From Nitrosopumilus sp. (GTDB lineage: Archaea > Thermoproteota > Nitrososphaeria > Nitrososphaerales > Nitrosopumilaceae): a stretch of 64,000 nt of DNA. The stretch covers positions 1,536,001 to 1,600,000 of the forward strand of contig OZ241981.1 in NCBI GenBank assembly GCA_965204345.1, given 5' to 3'. This document shows positions 39,454-51,102 of this stretch, piece by piece (the stretch's first letter is position 1; each line of letters begins with the position of its first letter). The notes under the pieces are model-generated. The model ran no database searches and was not told the origin of the DNA. It was given only the letters and a program-made list of their open reading frames with translations. Both the position numbers and the translations under genes were made by a program.

Positions 39454-41537
39454 ACTCGGTTATAGTGACCGGGTTTTGATTCATAAATAGATGCTTCTCT
39501 GAGCATTCTTTGGATGTACTTTCTTGCCTCCTCTTCTGTGAATTTTTCACTCTTTTCTAGTTCCTTGACAAACCCCTTTTCATCTACCGGTATCTTGTTG
39601 TCCCCTTCAAGGCCCTTGAGTACGTCCATGAACAGCTGCATCTTTGAGACCTCGCTTCTTGGCTTTCCTTGCAATACGCCAAGATCCACCTTGCCTGTAT
39701 TGACATCAACTCCTGCATCTTGCAGCATGCTCTGAATTAGAAAGATTGCACGCTCTGCATCCTCTTCTTCTACCTTGTCTTTCATGAGTAGTCTTGCCCT
39801 TGCAGTAGAAAGCCTGATAATTCCCTCCAGTTGCCTGGGGGTAACTGTAATCATTTCTTCAGATTCCACATTTCTCATCTGCAGATAATAGTCCAAGATC
39901 TTTGTTTCTGCATCCTTTGTTAGTTCCGGTTCTCCGCGCTTTGCATATGCCAAATATTTTGTCAGTAAATCAACATCAACTACAGATTTTTTATCAATTT
40001 TTTGCGGAGTGTGCAAATCAATGATGTGCCTTGCAATCTGAGTGTCTCTTTCTCTGGTTGGAATGTCCCTTACAACAAAGATCAGGTCAAACCTTGTAAG
40101 CAACGGAATTGGCAGATTGACGTTTTCTGTAATGTTTTTGAATGGATCATACTTTCCATACATTGGGTTTGCAGCAGCTAAGATGGAAGTTCTGGCATTT
40201 AGCGTAGCTACGATGCCGCCCTTTGCAATGCTTGCAGACTGTTGCTCCATAACCTCGTGCAATGCACTGCGGTCTTCAGGTTTCATTTTGTCAAATTCGT
40301 CTATGCTTACGAGTCCCTGATCACCTAGTACGACGGCTCCTGCCTCTAGCATCATAATTCCGGTCTTGTCTCGAACTACTGCGGCAGTAAGACCAGCTGC
40401 GGTAGAACCCCTGCCAGAAGTGTACAGGCCTCTTGGTGCAATTCTTGCACAAAACTTTAGCATCTCGGATTTTGCAGTACCGGGATCTCCGACTAGAAAT
40501 ACGTTAATGTCCCCTCTGATCTTGCTTCCATCGCCAAGCAGCCGCTGATTGGAACCGACAATAAGTAACAGAATAGCCTCCTTGATTAGTGACTGGCCCT
40601 GAATGTGTGGTGCAAACGAATCAATCAATCTTTGGTATACATCGGGACTTTGGCCTAACCTCTTGATCATCTCTTCTTCTTCAGGAGAAATTTCCTCTCT
40701 TCCAATCTTTCTGTCAGTTTTAGAACCGCGTCCACTCAAAAATTCAATATTGTTTCCCTCAATTCTTAATCTGTACAATCCGCTGTGGCCTCTCTGAATT
40801 CCTGCAACGGATTCCTGCTCAACTCTGACTATGCCTGTGAGAATAACTCTGTCTCCGGGCCTTGAGTTATCTACCAAATCCTGCCTGGTTGTGACGTCAA
40901 TATAGTGGGGCAGCTGTCCTGGGGGCAGGTCTTCTGGAAGTTCCTGCAGTCTTAGTATCTGAAAATCAATAAACTTGCTTGCTTCAGGTTTTAGCTCAAA
41001 ATCCCTGTGCTTGCAGGCAGGATTATCACAGACTATGGGAATTTTCACATCCATCCCTTTGATTTGAATCACCTTGGTTGGATGCTCATCAGGACATACA
41101 AAGACCAATTCTTTTGCAAGCGGCTTTACCTCTGATGCTCTGACCACCATTCCTGAAACGCTGGTAATATGACCGATGGTTTCTGCATTGATCTGTCTTA
41201 GACTTCGCTCCAATGGGAAATTGATGAGCCTTACACGGACTTCATCTTTGATCTTTTCTGCATAATCGGGAAATCTTGTCTGCAGTGCTTCCTTGATTGC
41301 TCTTGCAAACGCATCAAATATCCTATCGGGATTTGTAGCAAAGATTGACTCAATTTGCGGTTCTATTACCAGATCATTGTAATCGACGATGATGTATTTG
41401 GAATTTTTTGGCATCATCTCATCGATTGCATCTACATACTTGTAGTTGCCATCCCTGTCCTTGAATCTAGTAAGAAATTCTTTTACTTTGTCTGACAGTG
41501 CAGAATCCGTAAATGTGCTAGCTTGAGCGGTGCTCAT
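39450..41537 (-). CDS. mcm: Replicative helicase MCM
   Basis: GDPGTAKS, IDEFDKM, AAANP, TPRQLE; no intein. Confidence 0.97.
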   Translation of the reverse strand: MSTAQASTFTDSALSDKVKEFLTRFKDRDGNYKYVDAIDEMMPKNSKYIIVDYNDLVIEPQIESIFATNPDRIFDAFARAIKEALQTRFPDYAEKIKDEVRVRLINFPLERSLRQINAETIGHITSVSGMVVRASEVKPLAKELVFVCPDEHPTKVIQIKGMDVKIPIVCDNPACKHRDFELKPEASKFIDFQILRLQELPEDLPPGQLPHYIDVTTRQDLVDNSRPGDRVILTGIVRVEQESVAGIQRGHSGLYRLRIEGNNIEFLSGRGSKTDRKIGREEISPEEEEMIKRLGQSPDVYQRLIDSFAPHIQGQSLIKEAILLLIVGSNQRLLGDGSKIRGDINVFLVGDPGTAKSEMLKFCARIAPRGLYTSGRGSTAAGLTAAVVRDKTGIMMLEAGAVVLGDQGLVSIDEFDKMKPEDRSALHEVMEQQSASIAKGGIVATLNARTSILAAANPMYGKYDPFKNITENVNLPIPLLTRFDLIFVVRDIPTRERDTQIARHIIDLHTPQKIDKKSVVDVDLLTKYLAYAKRGEPELTKDAETKILDYYLQMRNVESEEMITVTPRQLEGIIRLSTARARLLMKDKVEEEDAERAIFLIQSMLQDAGVDVNTGKVDLGVLQGKPRSEVSKMQLFMDVLKGLEGDNKIPVDEKGFVKELEKSEKFTEEEARKYIQRMLREASIYESKPGHYNRV

Positions 41538-42048
41538 TTAGATCTCCTGTTATCTGTTTTTCAAATTCTGCGCTGTTATCATGAATTGTCTTGTAGAAAA
41601 CATTTTCTTCCACAGTCAGTTTACCGTATAGTTCGGAATTGAGCTTGATGGAATCTGCAAGTTTTACCAGCTTGCCTCTACGCATCCGGAATAATTCTAG
41701 CATCATGCTTTCAACTTTGTCAAAATCATTGCCATTAAGTTCCTTCATTGACTCTCTTAGCTTGATGTAAAAGTGCGGATCCAGTGTGGATATTTGGTAT
41801 TCTCCAACCATCTTTTCTTTTGATAGCGCTTGTTTTAGCTCAGTTATCATGTCTGGAGAATCTAGTACTCCTAAATTATTATCAGAGAGAATTTTGCCTA
41901 CCCACTGTGGCAGGTTATTGACCTCACCCTGAGTGCCCTCAATTTTCATTCCGGCCACATTATACTTGAAATCCTGATTGACTGTAACCTTGGCATCCTT
42001 TAGGCGGTATCCTATTGAATGCACTTTTTCTACTTTGTCTATTTCCAT
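41518..42048 (-). CDS. GINS family protein
   Basis: Upstream of mcm; LPQWVG, RRGKLVKLA. Confidence 0.8.
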   Translation of the reverse strand: MEIDKVEKVHSIGYRLKDAKVTVNQDFKYNVAGMKIEGTQGEVNNLPQWVGKILSDNNLGVLDSPDMITELKQALSKEKMVGEYQISTLDPHFYIKLRESMKELNGNDFDKVESMMLELFRMRRGKLVKLADSIKLNSELYGKLTVEENVFYKTIHDNSAEFEKQITGDLNEHRSS

Positions 42049-42242
42049 TTTAGATCACTTTTACTGATTTAGATCCTCAAGTATGGGATCGATCACTTCT
42101 GTTAACAATTTGGTGAGATCATTTGATCCTAACTGAATTTGAGACTGATCGCACCTGTTTTGCCCCAAAGTCTGATTTTAAGATATGCCATATCATAATA
42201 ACCAATTCGGATTTATTAATGGGACTCAGCTTTTGATCTCAT

Positions 42243-43193
42243 ATGGCTGCAACAGGCATGTGGGTAGAAAAGTATAGGCCAACAAAACTCTCTGAGATGG
42301 TAAATCAAACCGAGGTGATCGGCAGTCTGGAGGCCTTGATCAAGGATCCAACTGACATGCCACACCTGATGTTTTCAGGTTCTGCCGGAGTTGGAAAAAC
42401 AACCACTGCATTGTGTCTCTCAAGACAAGTCTTGGGAGAGTATGCCAAAGACTACACGCTAGAGCTAAACGCCTCTGATGAAAGGGGAATTGGCATGGTA
42501 AGGGAAAAAGTCAAAAAGTTTTCAAGATTTGCAGGAATGGCCGATGTGCCATTTAAGATCATAATTTTGGATGAGGCAGACGAGATGACAGGGGATGCCC
42601 AAACAGCATTAAGGAGAATAATTGAGGACACTGCAAAAATTTGCAGGTTTATCTTTATTGCAAATAACATTTCAAAGATTATCGACCCAATTCAAAGCAG
42701 ATGTGCTGTCTTTAAATTCATATCCGTTTCTGAGGAGGACATTATTGGCAGGCTAGAAGAGATTGCCAAAAAGGAAAAAATAAAGACTGACAAAAAAGGA
42801 CTCAAGGCAATTTATGAGTATTCAGAAGGGGACCTGAGACATGCAATTAATCTCATGCAGGCAACTGCAAGTCTTGGTGGAATTACCGAAGAGAACGTAA
42901 AGTCATCAGCCGGACTAACAAAGACTAGTGACGTTGATAAAGTTCTCGAAACTGCATTATCTGGCAAAGTTGCAGAGGCCAGAGAGAAGATGATAGAGCT
43001 AATCAAGGTTTATGGAATGTCAGAATCTGATTTTCTAAAGTATCTAAACTCTGCGGTATTCAAGTCAAAACATGCCAAACTTGGAGACATTCTGGAGGTA
43101 ATTGCAAAGTATGATTATAGGGTACTAGTCGGAGCAAATTCTGAGATTCAGCTGTCTGCAATGCTGGCAGAACTAGCCAAGATAGAGAATTAG
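42243..43193 (+). CDS. rfcS: Replication factor C small subunit
   Basis: WVEKYRP, GVGKTT, ELNASD, DEAD, IQSRC. Confidence 0.96.
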   Translation: MAATGMWVEKYRPTKLSEMVNQTEVIGSLEALIKDPTDMPHLMFSGSAGVGKTTTALCLSRQVLGEYAKDYTLELNASDERGIGMVREKVKKFSRFAGMADVPFKIIILDEADEMTGDAQTALRRIIEDTAKICRFIFIANNISKIIDPIQSRCAVFKFISVSEEDIIGRLEEIAKKEKIKTDKKGLKAIYEYSEGDLRHAINLMQATASLGGITEENVKSSAGLTKTSDVDKVLETALSGKVAEAREKMIELIKVYGMSESDFLKYLNSAVFKSKHAKLGDILEVIAKYDYRVLVGANSEIQLSAMLAELAKIEN

Positions 43194-43269
43194 AAAAATG
43201 CAGACTAGAAGTCTTTTGTCTGCCCACAGACAACAAATCAGCATGTTTTGGAGCTAACCATAAAGTGGT

Positions 43270-43566
43270 TCACACAGGCATCAGGTTTTTGTCTTTCTGC
43301 ATTTGTCTATAGGACTGAAAATAGTCAGAACCGGTAATGCGCATGAACACCCAAGATCTCAAAATCTTTTCTTGATTCGTGCCTGTCCTAACACTTGATT
43401 TTAAGGCAAGAAATGCTTGTAAAATCCTGACTAGTGTGATTCCATCAGCCTTTTGCCATCTTGTGCATTTATCAGCATCTTTTTGAGTATCAAAAAATCC
43501 CATTTTGATACATTGTATCTGTTCTTTGCATTTAGCAAATAGGGATTCAAACACAGAATATTCCAA
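43270..43566 (-). CDS. Hypothetical protein
   Basis: 98-aa ORF only. Confidence 0.35.
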   Translation of the reverse strand: MEYSVFESLFAKCKEQIQCIKMGFFDTQKDADKCTRWQKADGITLVRILQAFLALKSSVRTGTNQEKILRSWVFMRITGSDYFQSYRQMQKDKNLMPV

Positions 43567-43592
43567 CCCTTTTTTTGCATTAATTTTTTATT

Positions 43593-43847
43593 TTGTTATT
43601 GTCTGGAAAAAGTGTGGCGTTAAAATGGTCAAAATTTCATTTCTATGATTGGATTCCGATGGTTGTCCGGCTACAGTCTGTCAAGGATAGTGATTGGCAG
43701 CAAACTCGCAAATCCATGCTTAAAACAACTTTGAAATTCAAATATGACACATTGGAAAAGTGGCTTGAACAAAACAAATACTCTGAAAAATCTAAAGTTC
43801 AGACTCAACATTACGTACAGGCATTAAGACGGAGCGGCCTGCTTTAG
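43593..43847 (+). CDS. Hypothetical protein
   Basis: 84-aa ORF, convergent with the next gene. Confidence 0.55.
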   Translation: MLLSGKSVALKWSKFHFYDWIPMVVRLQSVKDSDWQQTRKSMLKTTLKFKYDTLEKWLEQNKYSEKSKVQTQHYVQALRRSGLL

Positions 43848-45184
43848 TAATTTGATTTGTTTAGATACTCCATAATCTTTGGATGACACAAGATTGAGCT
43901 GTGTGCTGCCGAATCAGTCCCAATGCCATAGCTAACTGTAGAATCCCCCACAAAATACAGTCCTTTGATTTTGCTTACTTTATGCGGCATTTTTTGCTTC
44001 CAAACCATTCCCGGTTCTTTTACCACTGCCTCTACCAGTTTCCATGCCATTGGACGCTCCCAAAGCAAGGAATCCTCAAAATTGGGATAAATTTCAGATA
44101 TCTCCTTTCTCATTTTTTCGCTTACCTCCTTGATCTTTGATGGGCTTTCAGTATATTCTGATGGGACAGGGGTTCCGGCCATCAGGAGGTGCTGTCCCGG
44201 AGGAGAAACTTTTGGGGTTATGTTTGTTATGAAAAAAATCCCTTTTGCAGTATAATCCCCAACTGGAAACACCACCTGTCTTGTGTCTATCCTCTCAGAA
44301 GTACAAAAATGAGTCTCAATAACAGATGTTGTCTTGTTTAGTTTTTCTATCTGCTCTAACATCTTTTTATCAAAGACTCCCTCATCAAAAAGCTGCTTTA
44401 CTGCCAGATATGCCGGATACGAAACGACTACGCAATCAGATTTTATGAGCTTGTTGTTACTGTCAATAACTCCTTCCACTCTGTTATCCTTGATCAGAAT
44501 CTTCTTAATCGGCGTGCTAAGGTTGACCCTGTTTCCGTTTTCCTGTATGTATCTTGATAGTATTTCTGATATCCTGTCATATCCACCTTCGTCCGGGTAG
44601 GCAAATTCGCTAGTTCCTCCCTTGAATGGATTTGCCCTAATCATGGTCCTCGTGAATTCTCCCAAGGAAATATGCTCTGGCGTGTCTGCAAAGGCAAGCA
44701 TACAGACTGCATCAAAAAAGGATCTTGTGCTGTGATCTAATTTTTCTGTCAAGTCAACTAATGATCTGTTGTCATTTTTTTCAGCCTTGTCCATAGATGA
44801 GAAAGCCATAGGAAGCAAAATACGCAAAAGTTTCAGCCTACTCTTAAATGGTATTAGTGACAATCCAAAAATATCAGAAATTCCTTTGGGATACTTGAAG
44901 AATCCTTGTCCGTTATAAAATGCAATATCGTCTACTATGGCAAGTTTTAGTCTGGAAACAATATCAACCTGTTCAAGAATCTGGTATACTGCTGATGTTT
45001 TGTAAAAAGGCATAATGTGAAATCCGTTATCCAAAATGTGGTTGCGAAACACCGAACATGCGGTCCTGCCTCCGGGCTTGGAGGATTTTTCAAATATCTG
45101 TACAGATATGTTGTCTTTTGTAAGCAGAGCTCCAGTTGATAATCCACTAATGCCTGCACCTATTATTGCCACTTTTTTTAACAA
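43844..45184 (-). CDS. FAD-dependent oxidoreductase (phytoene desaturase / amine oxidase family)
   Basis: IIGAGISGL, GGR, LDNGFH, LYFVGDS. Confidence 0.88.
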   Translation of the reverse strand: MLKKVAIIGAGISGLSTGALLTKDNISVQIFEKSSKPGGRTACSVFRNHILDNGFHIMPFYKTSAVYQILEQVDIVSRLKLAIVDDIAFYNGQGFFKYPKGISDIFGLSLIPFKSRLKLLRILLPMAFSSMDKAEKNDNRSLVDLTEKLDHSTRSFFDAVCMLAFADTPEHISLGEFTRTMIRANPFKGGTSEFAYPDEGGYDRISEILSRYIQENGNRVNLSTPIKKILIKDNRVEGVIDSNNKLIKSDCVVVSYPAYLAVKQLFDEGVFDKKMLEQIEKLNKTTSVIETHFCTSERIDTRQVVFPVGDYTAKGIFFITNITPKVSPPGQHLLMAGTPVPSEYTESPSKIKEVSEKMRKEISEIYPNFEDSLLWERPMAWKLVEAVVKEPGMVWKQKMPHKVSKIKGLYFVGDSTVSYGIGTDSAAHSSILCHPKIMEYLNKSNY

Positions 45185-45612
45185 TTCTACAAATTCTCAA
45201 CTATGCACTTTTTTAAACTACCCTAGATGCAAAACAAGTTACCACTAGGTACGAGTATGCATCACCCTGAAAATCATCTGAATAAATTTTTGAATAAGTG
45301 AGAAAATGCATAATCAGAATAGACATGCCAGCTAACGATAAAACAACAGCGATAAAATTATTTTTTCAGGATTATCACTAGCAAGATGAGAAAACTCTTT
45401 TCTGGCACAAAAGAAGTACTGCCTAAAAATAGCATCCAAAATTTTATTGCTGAATTATAGTGAGGTTCTTTTGCTGTATGTGACTGGGAATCCTTGATAG
45501 TTTTGGAGAAAACTCAGGTCTGTAAACTTGACAGCCAAAACTCTATACCGCATTTCTTAACAGTGTCAACCGACAGATTTTCTCTAGCGTGTACCATCAT
45601 TAATTATAAAAA

Positions 45613-45696
45613 CGCAGAGAGAGGGATTTGAACCCCCGTATGCTTGCGCACACAGGCTCTCAAGGCCCGCGCCCTACCGAGCTAGGCGACCTCTGC
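45613..45696 (-). tRNA. tRNA-Ser(TGA)
   Basis: gcagagg...tctctgc-g; cgggc-CTTGAGA-gcctg; long variable arm. Confidence 0.9.
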
Positions 45697-45769
45697 AGAA
45701 GTTCTTAGATAATAGCGATTAAAATCTGTTGAGGTAAAATAGAAAAATAAGAAAAAAGAAAAAATTTCT

Positions 45770-46318
45770 TTAATCGTGTGCGTGTGGATTTTCAGAACCG
45801 GATTTCATAATTACATATGTTCCGGCTGCTTTTTCGTGCCATTCCTGGTTAGCTGACTCGATACGGATAGCTCCTTCAGGACAAATTTCTTGACAAGCCA
45901 TACAAACTGTACAATCATGTTCTCTGATTGGCTGGGATTTGTCTGTATAATCTAATCTCTCATCCTGTTCTGTCAAGCCAGTACCGTCAAAAGTCTCTCC
46001 CATTGCTTTGTCTGCTGGGATGTCTTTTTCGGTTCTGTACCATTGGAATGTTTGAACTGGACATACACTCATGCATGAACCAGCTGCAACACATGAATCC
46101 CAATCGACTGCAACAGTAGTGCCATGAATTCCAAGAGGAACTTGTTCCTCTCCTCGTTCTGCATAGGCTGCTTTTACATCGTCGTTTGAGAATGCTGCAC
46201 CATCTGATCTTCCGTCACCCCAGATATAATGAAAATTTTCACCATCTGAATGGTTAGTTTGGCCTTTTGGCTTTACGTCATTGTGACAAAAGTCTTCAGG
46301 GATTTGTAGATCTGCCAT
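45770..46318 (-). CDS. Dicluster ferredoxin with N-terminal extension
   Basis: CVAAGSCMSVCP and CTVCMACQEICP. Confidence 0.9.
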   Translation of the reverse strand: MADLQIPEDFCHNDVKPKGQTNHSDGENFHYIWGDGRSDGAAFSNDDVKAAYAERGEEQVPLGIHGTTVAVDWDSCVAAGSCMSVCPVQTFQWYRTEKDIPADKAMGETFDGTGLTEQDERLDYTDKSQPIREHDCTVCMACQEICPEGAIRIESANQEWHEKAAGTYVIMKSGSENPHAHD

Positions 46319-46419
46319 ACATACATTATTTCAGAATATTATTTAAAGCTAGACAAAATTAGTCGAGACTAAATCAAAAATAAATAGAAAAATCATTAGT
46401 CTCTAGGTTTGTCTAGATT

Positions 46420-46941
<522 letters not shown>

Positions 46942-47058
46942 TTACAGTTATTATTTAAATCTAGAGAGCTTGGTTTCTGCCAAACAGGCAAATGATCGAT
47001 CAATTAGGAACGAAAAATTTCCTTACGTTCATAACGATCAAGGTATAATTCTCCGGAT

Positions 47059-47724
47059 ATGGATATTATAAAGTATAATGTGTATAGGGGGCCAAACCTT
47101 GGAGTGTACATTACAGTTAATGACAGTATTGGGCTAGTCCCGATGGGATTTGCAGAAAGCAAAGCCGAGAAACTTGCAGAATATATGAACATTGAAATTC
47201 ATTATACGGCAGTTGCAAATACCCGGCTGATTGGCGCACTAGCAGTAATGAACAACAAAGGAATCTTGCTGCCTAGCACTGCATATCAAGACGAGTATGA
47301 TTATTTGAAGAAAGAGACTGACTTGGAGGTTGGTGTCTTAGATACAAAGTTTAACGCGTTAGGAAACGTGATCTGTGCAAATGACAAAGGGGCAGTGGCC
47401 TCTCCATGGCTTTCAAAAGACGATTGCAGTACCATATCTGATGTCTTGGGCGTTGAGGTAATTCAGAAAAAGATTGCCGGACACAACCAGACAGGTGTGG
47501 TGCTAGTTGCAAATAATTCAGGCGCTGCAATTCATCCGGAAACTGACGAGGAGGACATGAAGGTTATATCCAACACTCTAGGCGTAAAAGTAGAGCAGAG
47601 CTCAATTAACAACGGCATTCCATATGTGTCATCGGGAATTCTGGCAAACAACCACTGTCTGGTGGTGGGTTCACTGACTACCGGCCCTGAGATTATGATG
47701 CTGACTAGGGCGTTTCTAAATTAA
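47059..47724 (+). CDS. eif6: Translation initiation factor aIF-6
   Basis: NLGVY, ALGNVICANDKGA, VGSLTTGPE. Confidence 0.93.
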   Translation: MDIIKYNVYRGPNLGVYITVNDSIGLVPMGFAESKAEKLAEYMNIEIHYTAVANTRLIGALAVMNNKGILLPSTAYQDEYDYLKKETDLEVGVLDTKFNALGNVICANDKGAVASPWLSKDDCSTISDVLGVEVIQKKIAGHNQTGVVLVANNSGAAIHPETDEEDMKVISNTLGVKVEQSSINNGIPYVSSGILANNHCLVVGSLTTGPEIMMLTRAFLN

Positions 47725-48988
47725 GAACGGACCTTGGGTCTTCTGTTAGCTTTTCAATTGAGACAGTTCCTTCAGTCCCAGTACTCATGTCTTTGAGCAC
47801 GGCATTCCCGTTTTCTAGCTCTTGCGGTCCGACAATTATTGCAAATCTTGCGTCTGTTGCAATATCCATCTGCTTTTTCATGTTACGTCCTGCCAGGTCA
47901 ATGTCAGTTGGAATGTTGTTTAGACGCAGCAATGATGCGATGGAGTGAGCTACCTTCTGCATTTCATTATTGATGTACAGCACTGCAACCCTCTTTTGCG
48001 CTGTTTCTGGAATTATTTTCTGCTCTTGCATTGCTAGTATGATTCTCTCTACCCCTCCTGCAACCCCCGTTGCGCCAATGTCCTCTCTGTTAAATGCCCT
48101 AGTCAGTGCGTCATATCTGCCACCGCCTGCCAGTGCGCCTAGTGTGGAGTTTTTATCAAAGACCTCAAAAACGATACCTGAATAGTAATCCAGTCCCCTA
48201 ACTATGCCGAAATTAATTCTGACATTTGAGACTCCCCTGTTGCTTAGTGAGTCTACTAGCTGTTTTAGTTCGTCCCATGACTCTAGCTGCGCTGTATCAA
48301 ATGAATCCTCCACTTCTGCCACTGTTCCTTTGATCTGTGAGAACTCTAGAACTTTTTCCAGCTTGCCAGTTTCATATCCTTTTGACTCAAACTCTTTTAG
48401 AATTTGCTCCTTGGATTTTTTTGCAATCTTGTCTACTGCCCTTAGAATGTCTGCAACCAGTCCGGGTTCCTTTGAATCAAATATTTTATTGATGTACGAC
48501 TCTGCGAGATTGCGGTGATTGACGTCAATTGTAATGTCCTTGAGCAGCAGCGAATCAAATAATCGCGATGTAATCTCTATTATCTCAGACTCTGATTCGA
48601 GGCCGGCCTTTCCATAAACTTCGATATCCCACTGGTGAAAGTATCGATATCTTCCTTTTTGTGGTTCGTCATATCGGAACACTCCGCCAAATGCTGAGAT
48701 TTTGGCTGGCAGCCTCATTGATTTTTGAGCCGCTGCATATCTTGTTAGTCCCATTGTAAAGTCAAAACGCAGTGCCACCTCTCTGTCTCCCTTGTCTTTG
48801 AAATAGTAAATCTCGTCTCTGATTCCGGGGCCTGACTTGGTTTCCAGGGTGGTTAGCAGCTCAATTGGAGATGGATCCATAAATGAAAATCCGTACAGAT
48901 TTGATAATCTCTTGAAATGACTTCTTACGTGCTCGATGCCTGCGTTTTCTTTAGCCTCAAAGTCCTTCATTCCGCGCGGCAGTTCCAA
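47705..48988 (-). CDS. hisS: Histidine--tRNA ligase
   Basis: PRGMKDF, LRFDFT, RGLDYY, GGGRYD. Confidence 0.96.
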   Translation of the reverse strand: MELPRGMKDFEAKENAGIEHVRSHFKRLSNLYGFSFMDPSPIELLTTLETKSGPGIRDEIYYFKDKGDREVALRFDFTMGLTRYAAAQKSMRLPAKISAFGGVFRYDEPQKGRYRYFHQWDIEVYGKAGLESESEIIEITSRLFDSLLLKDITIDVNHRNLAESYINKIFDSKEPGLVADILRAVDKIAKKSKEQILKEFESKGYETGKLEKVLEFSQIKGTVAEVEDSFDTAQLESWDELKQLVDSLSNRGVSNVRINFGIVRGLDYYSGIVFEVFDKNSTLGALAGGGRYDALTRAFNREDIGATGVAGGVERIILAMQEQKIIPETAQKRVAVLYINNEMQKVAHSIASLLRLNNIPTDIDLAGRNMKKQMDIATDARFAIIVGPQELENGNAVLKDMSTGTEGTVSIEKLTEDPRSVLNLETP

Positions 48989-49107
48989 GATAATTTCTCA
49001 TCAAATGATTATGATTTAGATATTTCTCTAGTGTGTGCGTATATGTGCAGTTGATCAGTATATCACAAACATTAAGATTTATAGAATAAAGTGATCACCT
49101 GTATTGA

Positions 49108-49851
49108 TTGTCTGATAAGATACTGCCTGATGAGAATTCTGACTATAGCTTGCCTGGTAGAATGGAGGAGAGTAATTCTGCATATTTTGGACCTGGACCA
49201 CAAATAGAGGAAAGAGAGGATGATGTGCCCAAATCAAAAAGCAAGGCATTGGCAATTGCATCAGTTGTCTTTGTGTTGATATCTGCAGGATTTTTTTCAT
49301 ATTATTTCTTGAATCAGAACCAAATCGATGCAGGGATCTTGGATAATGATGCCTTTAAGACACTAGAAGAGAAGATGGTGAGCCATTATGGCGTGAGATC
49401 GTATGGCAGTGATCATGCACATGCTGCACTAGCTGTTTTTGTGGAGAATGAAAGGATAGACTTTGGCCTGGAGCAGTTTCAGCTTCGAAGCAAGTACATC
49501 CATTTTGAGAATCACAACCCATATCAGATTCACAAGCATGCAACTAATGTTCCATTGCACATGCTATTTGCATCAATAGGAATGGAAATTACGCCTCAAT
49601 GCATAGAGTTCTACGATAGAGTGGATTCGAGGATGTACTGTAGTGATTCGGAGAATTCTTTGGTGTTTCTGATTAACGGGGAACAGCATTCAGATATTAC
49701 CACATATGAAATAAAACACAATGACAGAATCCTGATATCCTTTGGAGATTACGAGTCAGTTTCTGCACAGCTGGGATTTTTAGAGTCACTGGAAATTCAT
49801 GATGTTCCAAAAAGAAATCAGCTAGTGCCGGGACAAGACATCTCAGTTTGA
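49108..49851 (+). CDS. Membrane-anchored hypothetical protein (HAH / IHFE / HKH metal-binding-like motifs)
   Basis: One TM helix, His motifs, C-terminal DRILISFG. Confidence 0.7.
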   Translation: MSDKILPDENSDYSLPGRMEESNSAYFGPGPQIEEREDDVPKSKSKALAIASVVFVLISAGFFSYYFLNQNQIDAGILDNDAFKTLEEKMVSHYGVRSYGSDHAHAALAVFVENERIDFGLEQFQLRSKYIHFENHNPYQIHKHATNVPLHMLFASIGMEITPQCIEFYDRVDSRMYCSDSENSLVFLINGEQHSDITTYEIKHNDRILISFGDYESVSAQLGFLESLEIHDVPKRNQLVPGQDISV

Positions 49852-50016
49852 GTTTGCAAGTTCCAATGGCATAATTCTCATGCTTTGGAATCTTTTACAT
49901 TACATTTGTGAATCCTGATAAAATACTCGCTGGAGGGATGGATTCTCTCATAGATGAAAATGCTGACTGGGGAAAAAACGTAAAAGAGATTAAAGCCAAA
50001 GATTAGGGTTGGAGAA

Positions 50017-50568
50017 ATGAAGCCGATAATAGTTTTTGCAATAACAATTCCAATTGTTGCTGCTGTTGTGGTGGCATTTTCCGTGTTTTTAGTGCCGCCA
50101 ATGGGGCAGCAAAATTTTGAGGAGGACACACATGAGAATCAACATGAAGATGCCGCATGGCAATCACTACAAAAAATGCAGGGTGAATCTGTGGTTTCTG
50201 CAAAGTGCTCAGGCACTCAGAGATGCATCTTGGGAGTTGTAACTGACATCATTGATGGGGATACCATACGAGTCGGTGGGGAATCAGTTCGTTTTGCGCT
50301 ATCATCAGCTCCGGAACTTGATGAAACAAGAGGAACGGAGGCAAGGGAATTCATTGGTGCTATCTGTCCTCCGGGCTCTGATGTTACAGTCGATCAGGAT
50401 GACTTGCAGCCTGTTGACAGGTATGGCAGAGTGCTCGGTGTGATTTACTGCAATGACGTGAATCTTAATGAAAGATTGCTAGAATCCGGATGGGGCTATC
50501 TTTCATCACAGTTTTGCAGTACAAGTGAGTTTGAAAATGCTTCATGGGCTCAGAAATACGGATGCTAG
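50017..50568 (+). CDS. Thermonuclease (SNase) family, exported
   Basis: IIDGDTI, VRF...APE, DRYGRVLG. Confidence 0.88.
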   Translation: MKPIIVFAITIPIVAAVVVAFSVFLVPPMGQQNFEEDTHENQHEDAAWQSLQKMQGESVVSAKCSGTQRCILGVVTDIIDGDTIRVGGESVRFALSSAPELDETRGTEAREFIGAICPPGSDVTVDQDDLQPVDRYGRVLGVIYCNDVNLNERLLESGWGYLSSQFCSTSEFENASWAQKYGC

Positions 50569-50623
50569 CCTCTTTTTGGGACACTAGAACATGGAATAAA
50601 TATCTCTGAGAAAATTGCACATT

Positions 50624-50803
50624 ATGACAAAAAGCATCAGTTGTTCAGATGCAGGAAAAGACTGTGGATGGTCTGCAACTGCAGAATCTGAAGAAGAGTT
50701 GATGAGGCAGGTTACAGAGCATGTTCTATCTGATCATAAGGAAATTGATATAAATGATGATGGTAACGTTGCCCAAATCAAAGCACTCATCAAAGAAGTT
50801 TAA
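50624..50803 (+). CDS. DUF1059 small metal-binding protein
   Basis: SCSDAGKDCGW...EEELM...EHVLSDH. Confidence 0.85.
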   Translation: MTKSISCSDAGKDCGWSATAESEEELMRQVTEHVLSDHKEIDINDDGNVAQIKALIKEV

Positions 50804-51102
50804 ATTTCTATAACTAGGCCAAGATATGCCACATTTTTTTGATGTTAATTTTGATCTTGTATTGAGTTCTAGCCCACGTTTAACACATGATATACTTGAA
50901 GAGAATGTATACGTAATAAAATTTTGGTCTAGGCCTCAAGAACCATTAGATATAAGATCAGAACTTGTTGAATCTGGCAAATCTTTGAAAACAAATTCTA
51001 AAAAAATGGTGGGTCATATTCAAAAAATAAAATAGTAACACGACAGAATAAAGCTTACAGGTTATCTTTTGAGTATCACTTGCACTTGATCCAACTAGTC
51101 TT

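Noticed and set aside
39450-43193. Inteins in MCM or RFC; replication origin
   Set aside because: Proteins have normal lengths; no cdc6/orc1 gene or clear ORB repeats seen
43194-43212. att remnant of tRNA-Ser after rfcS
   Set aside because: Match (aaaaa.gcaga) is too short to distinguish from chance
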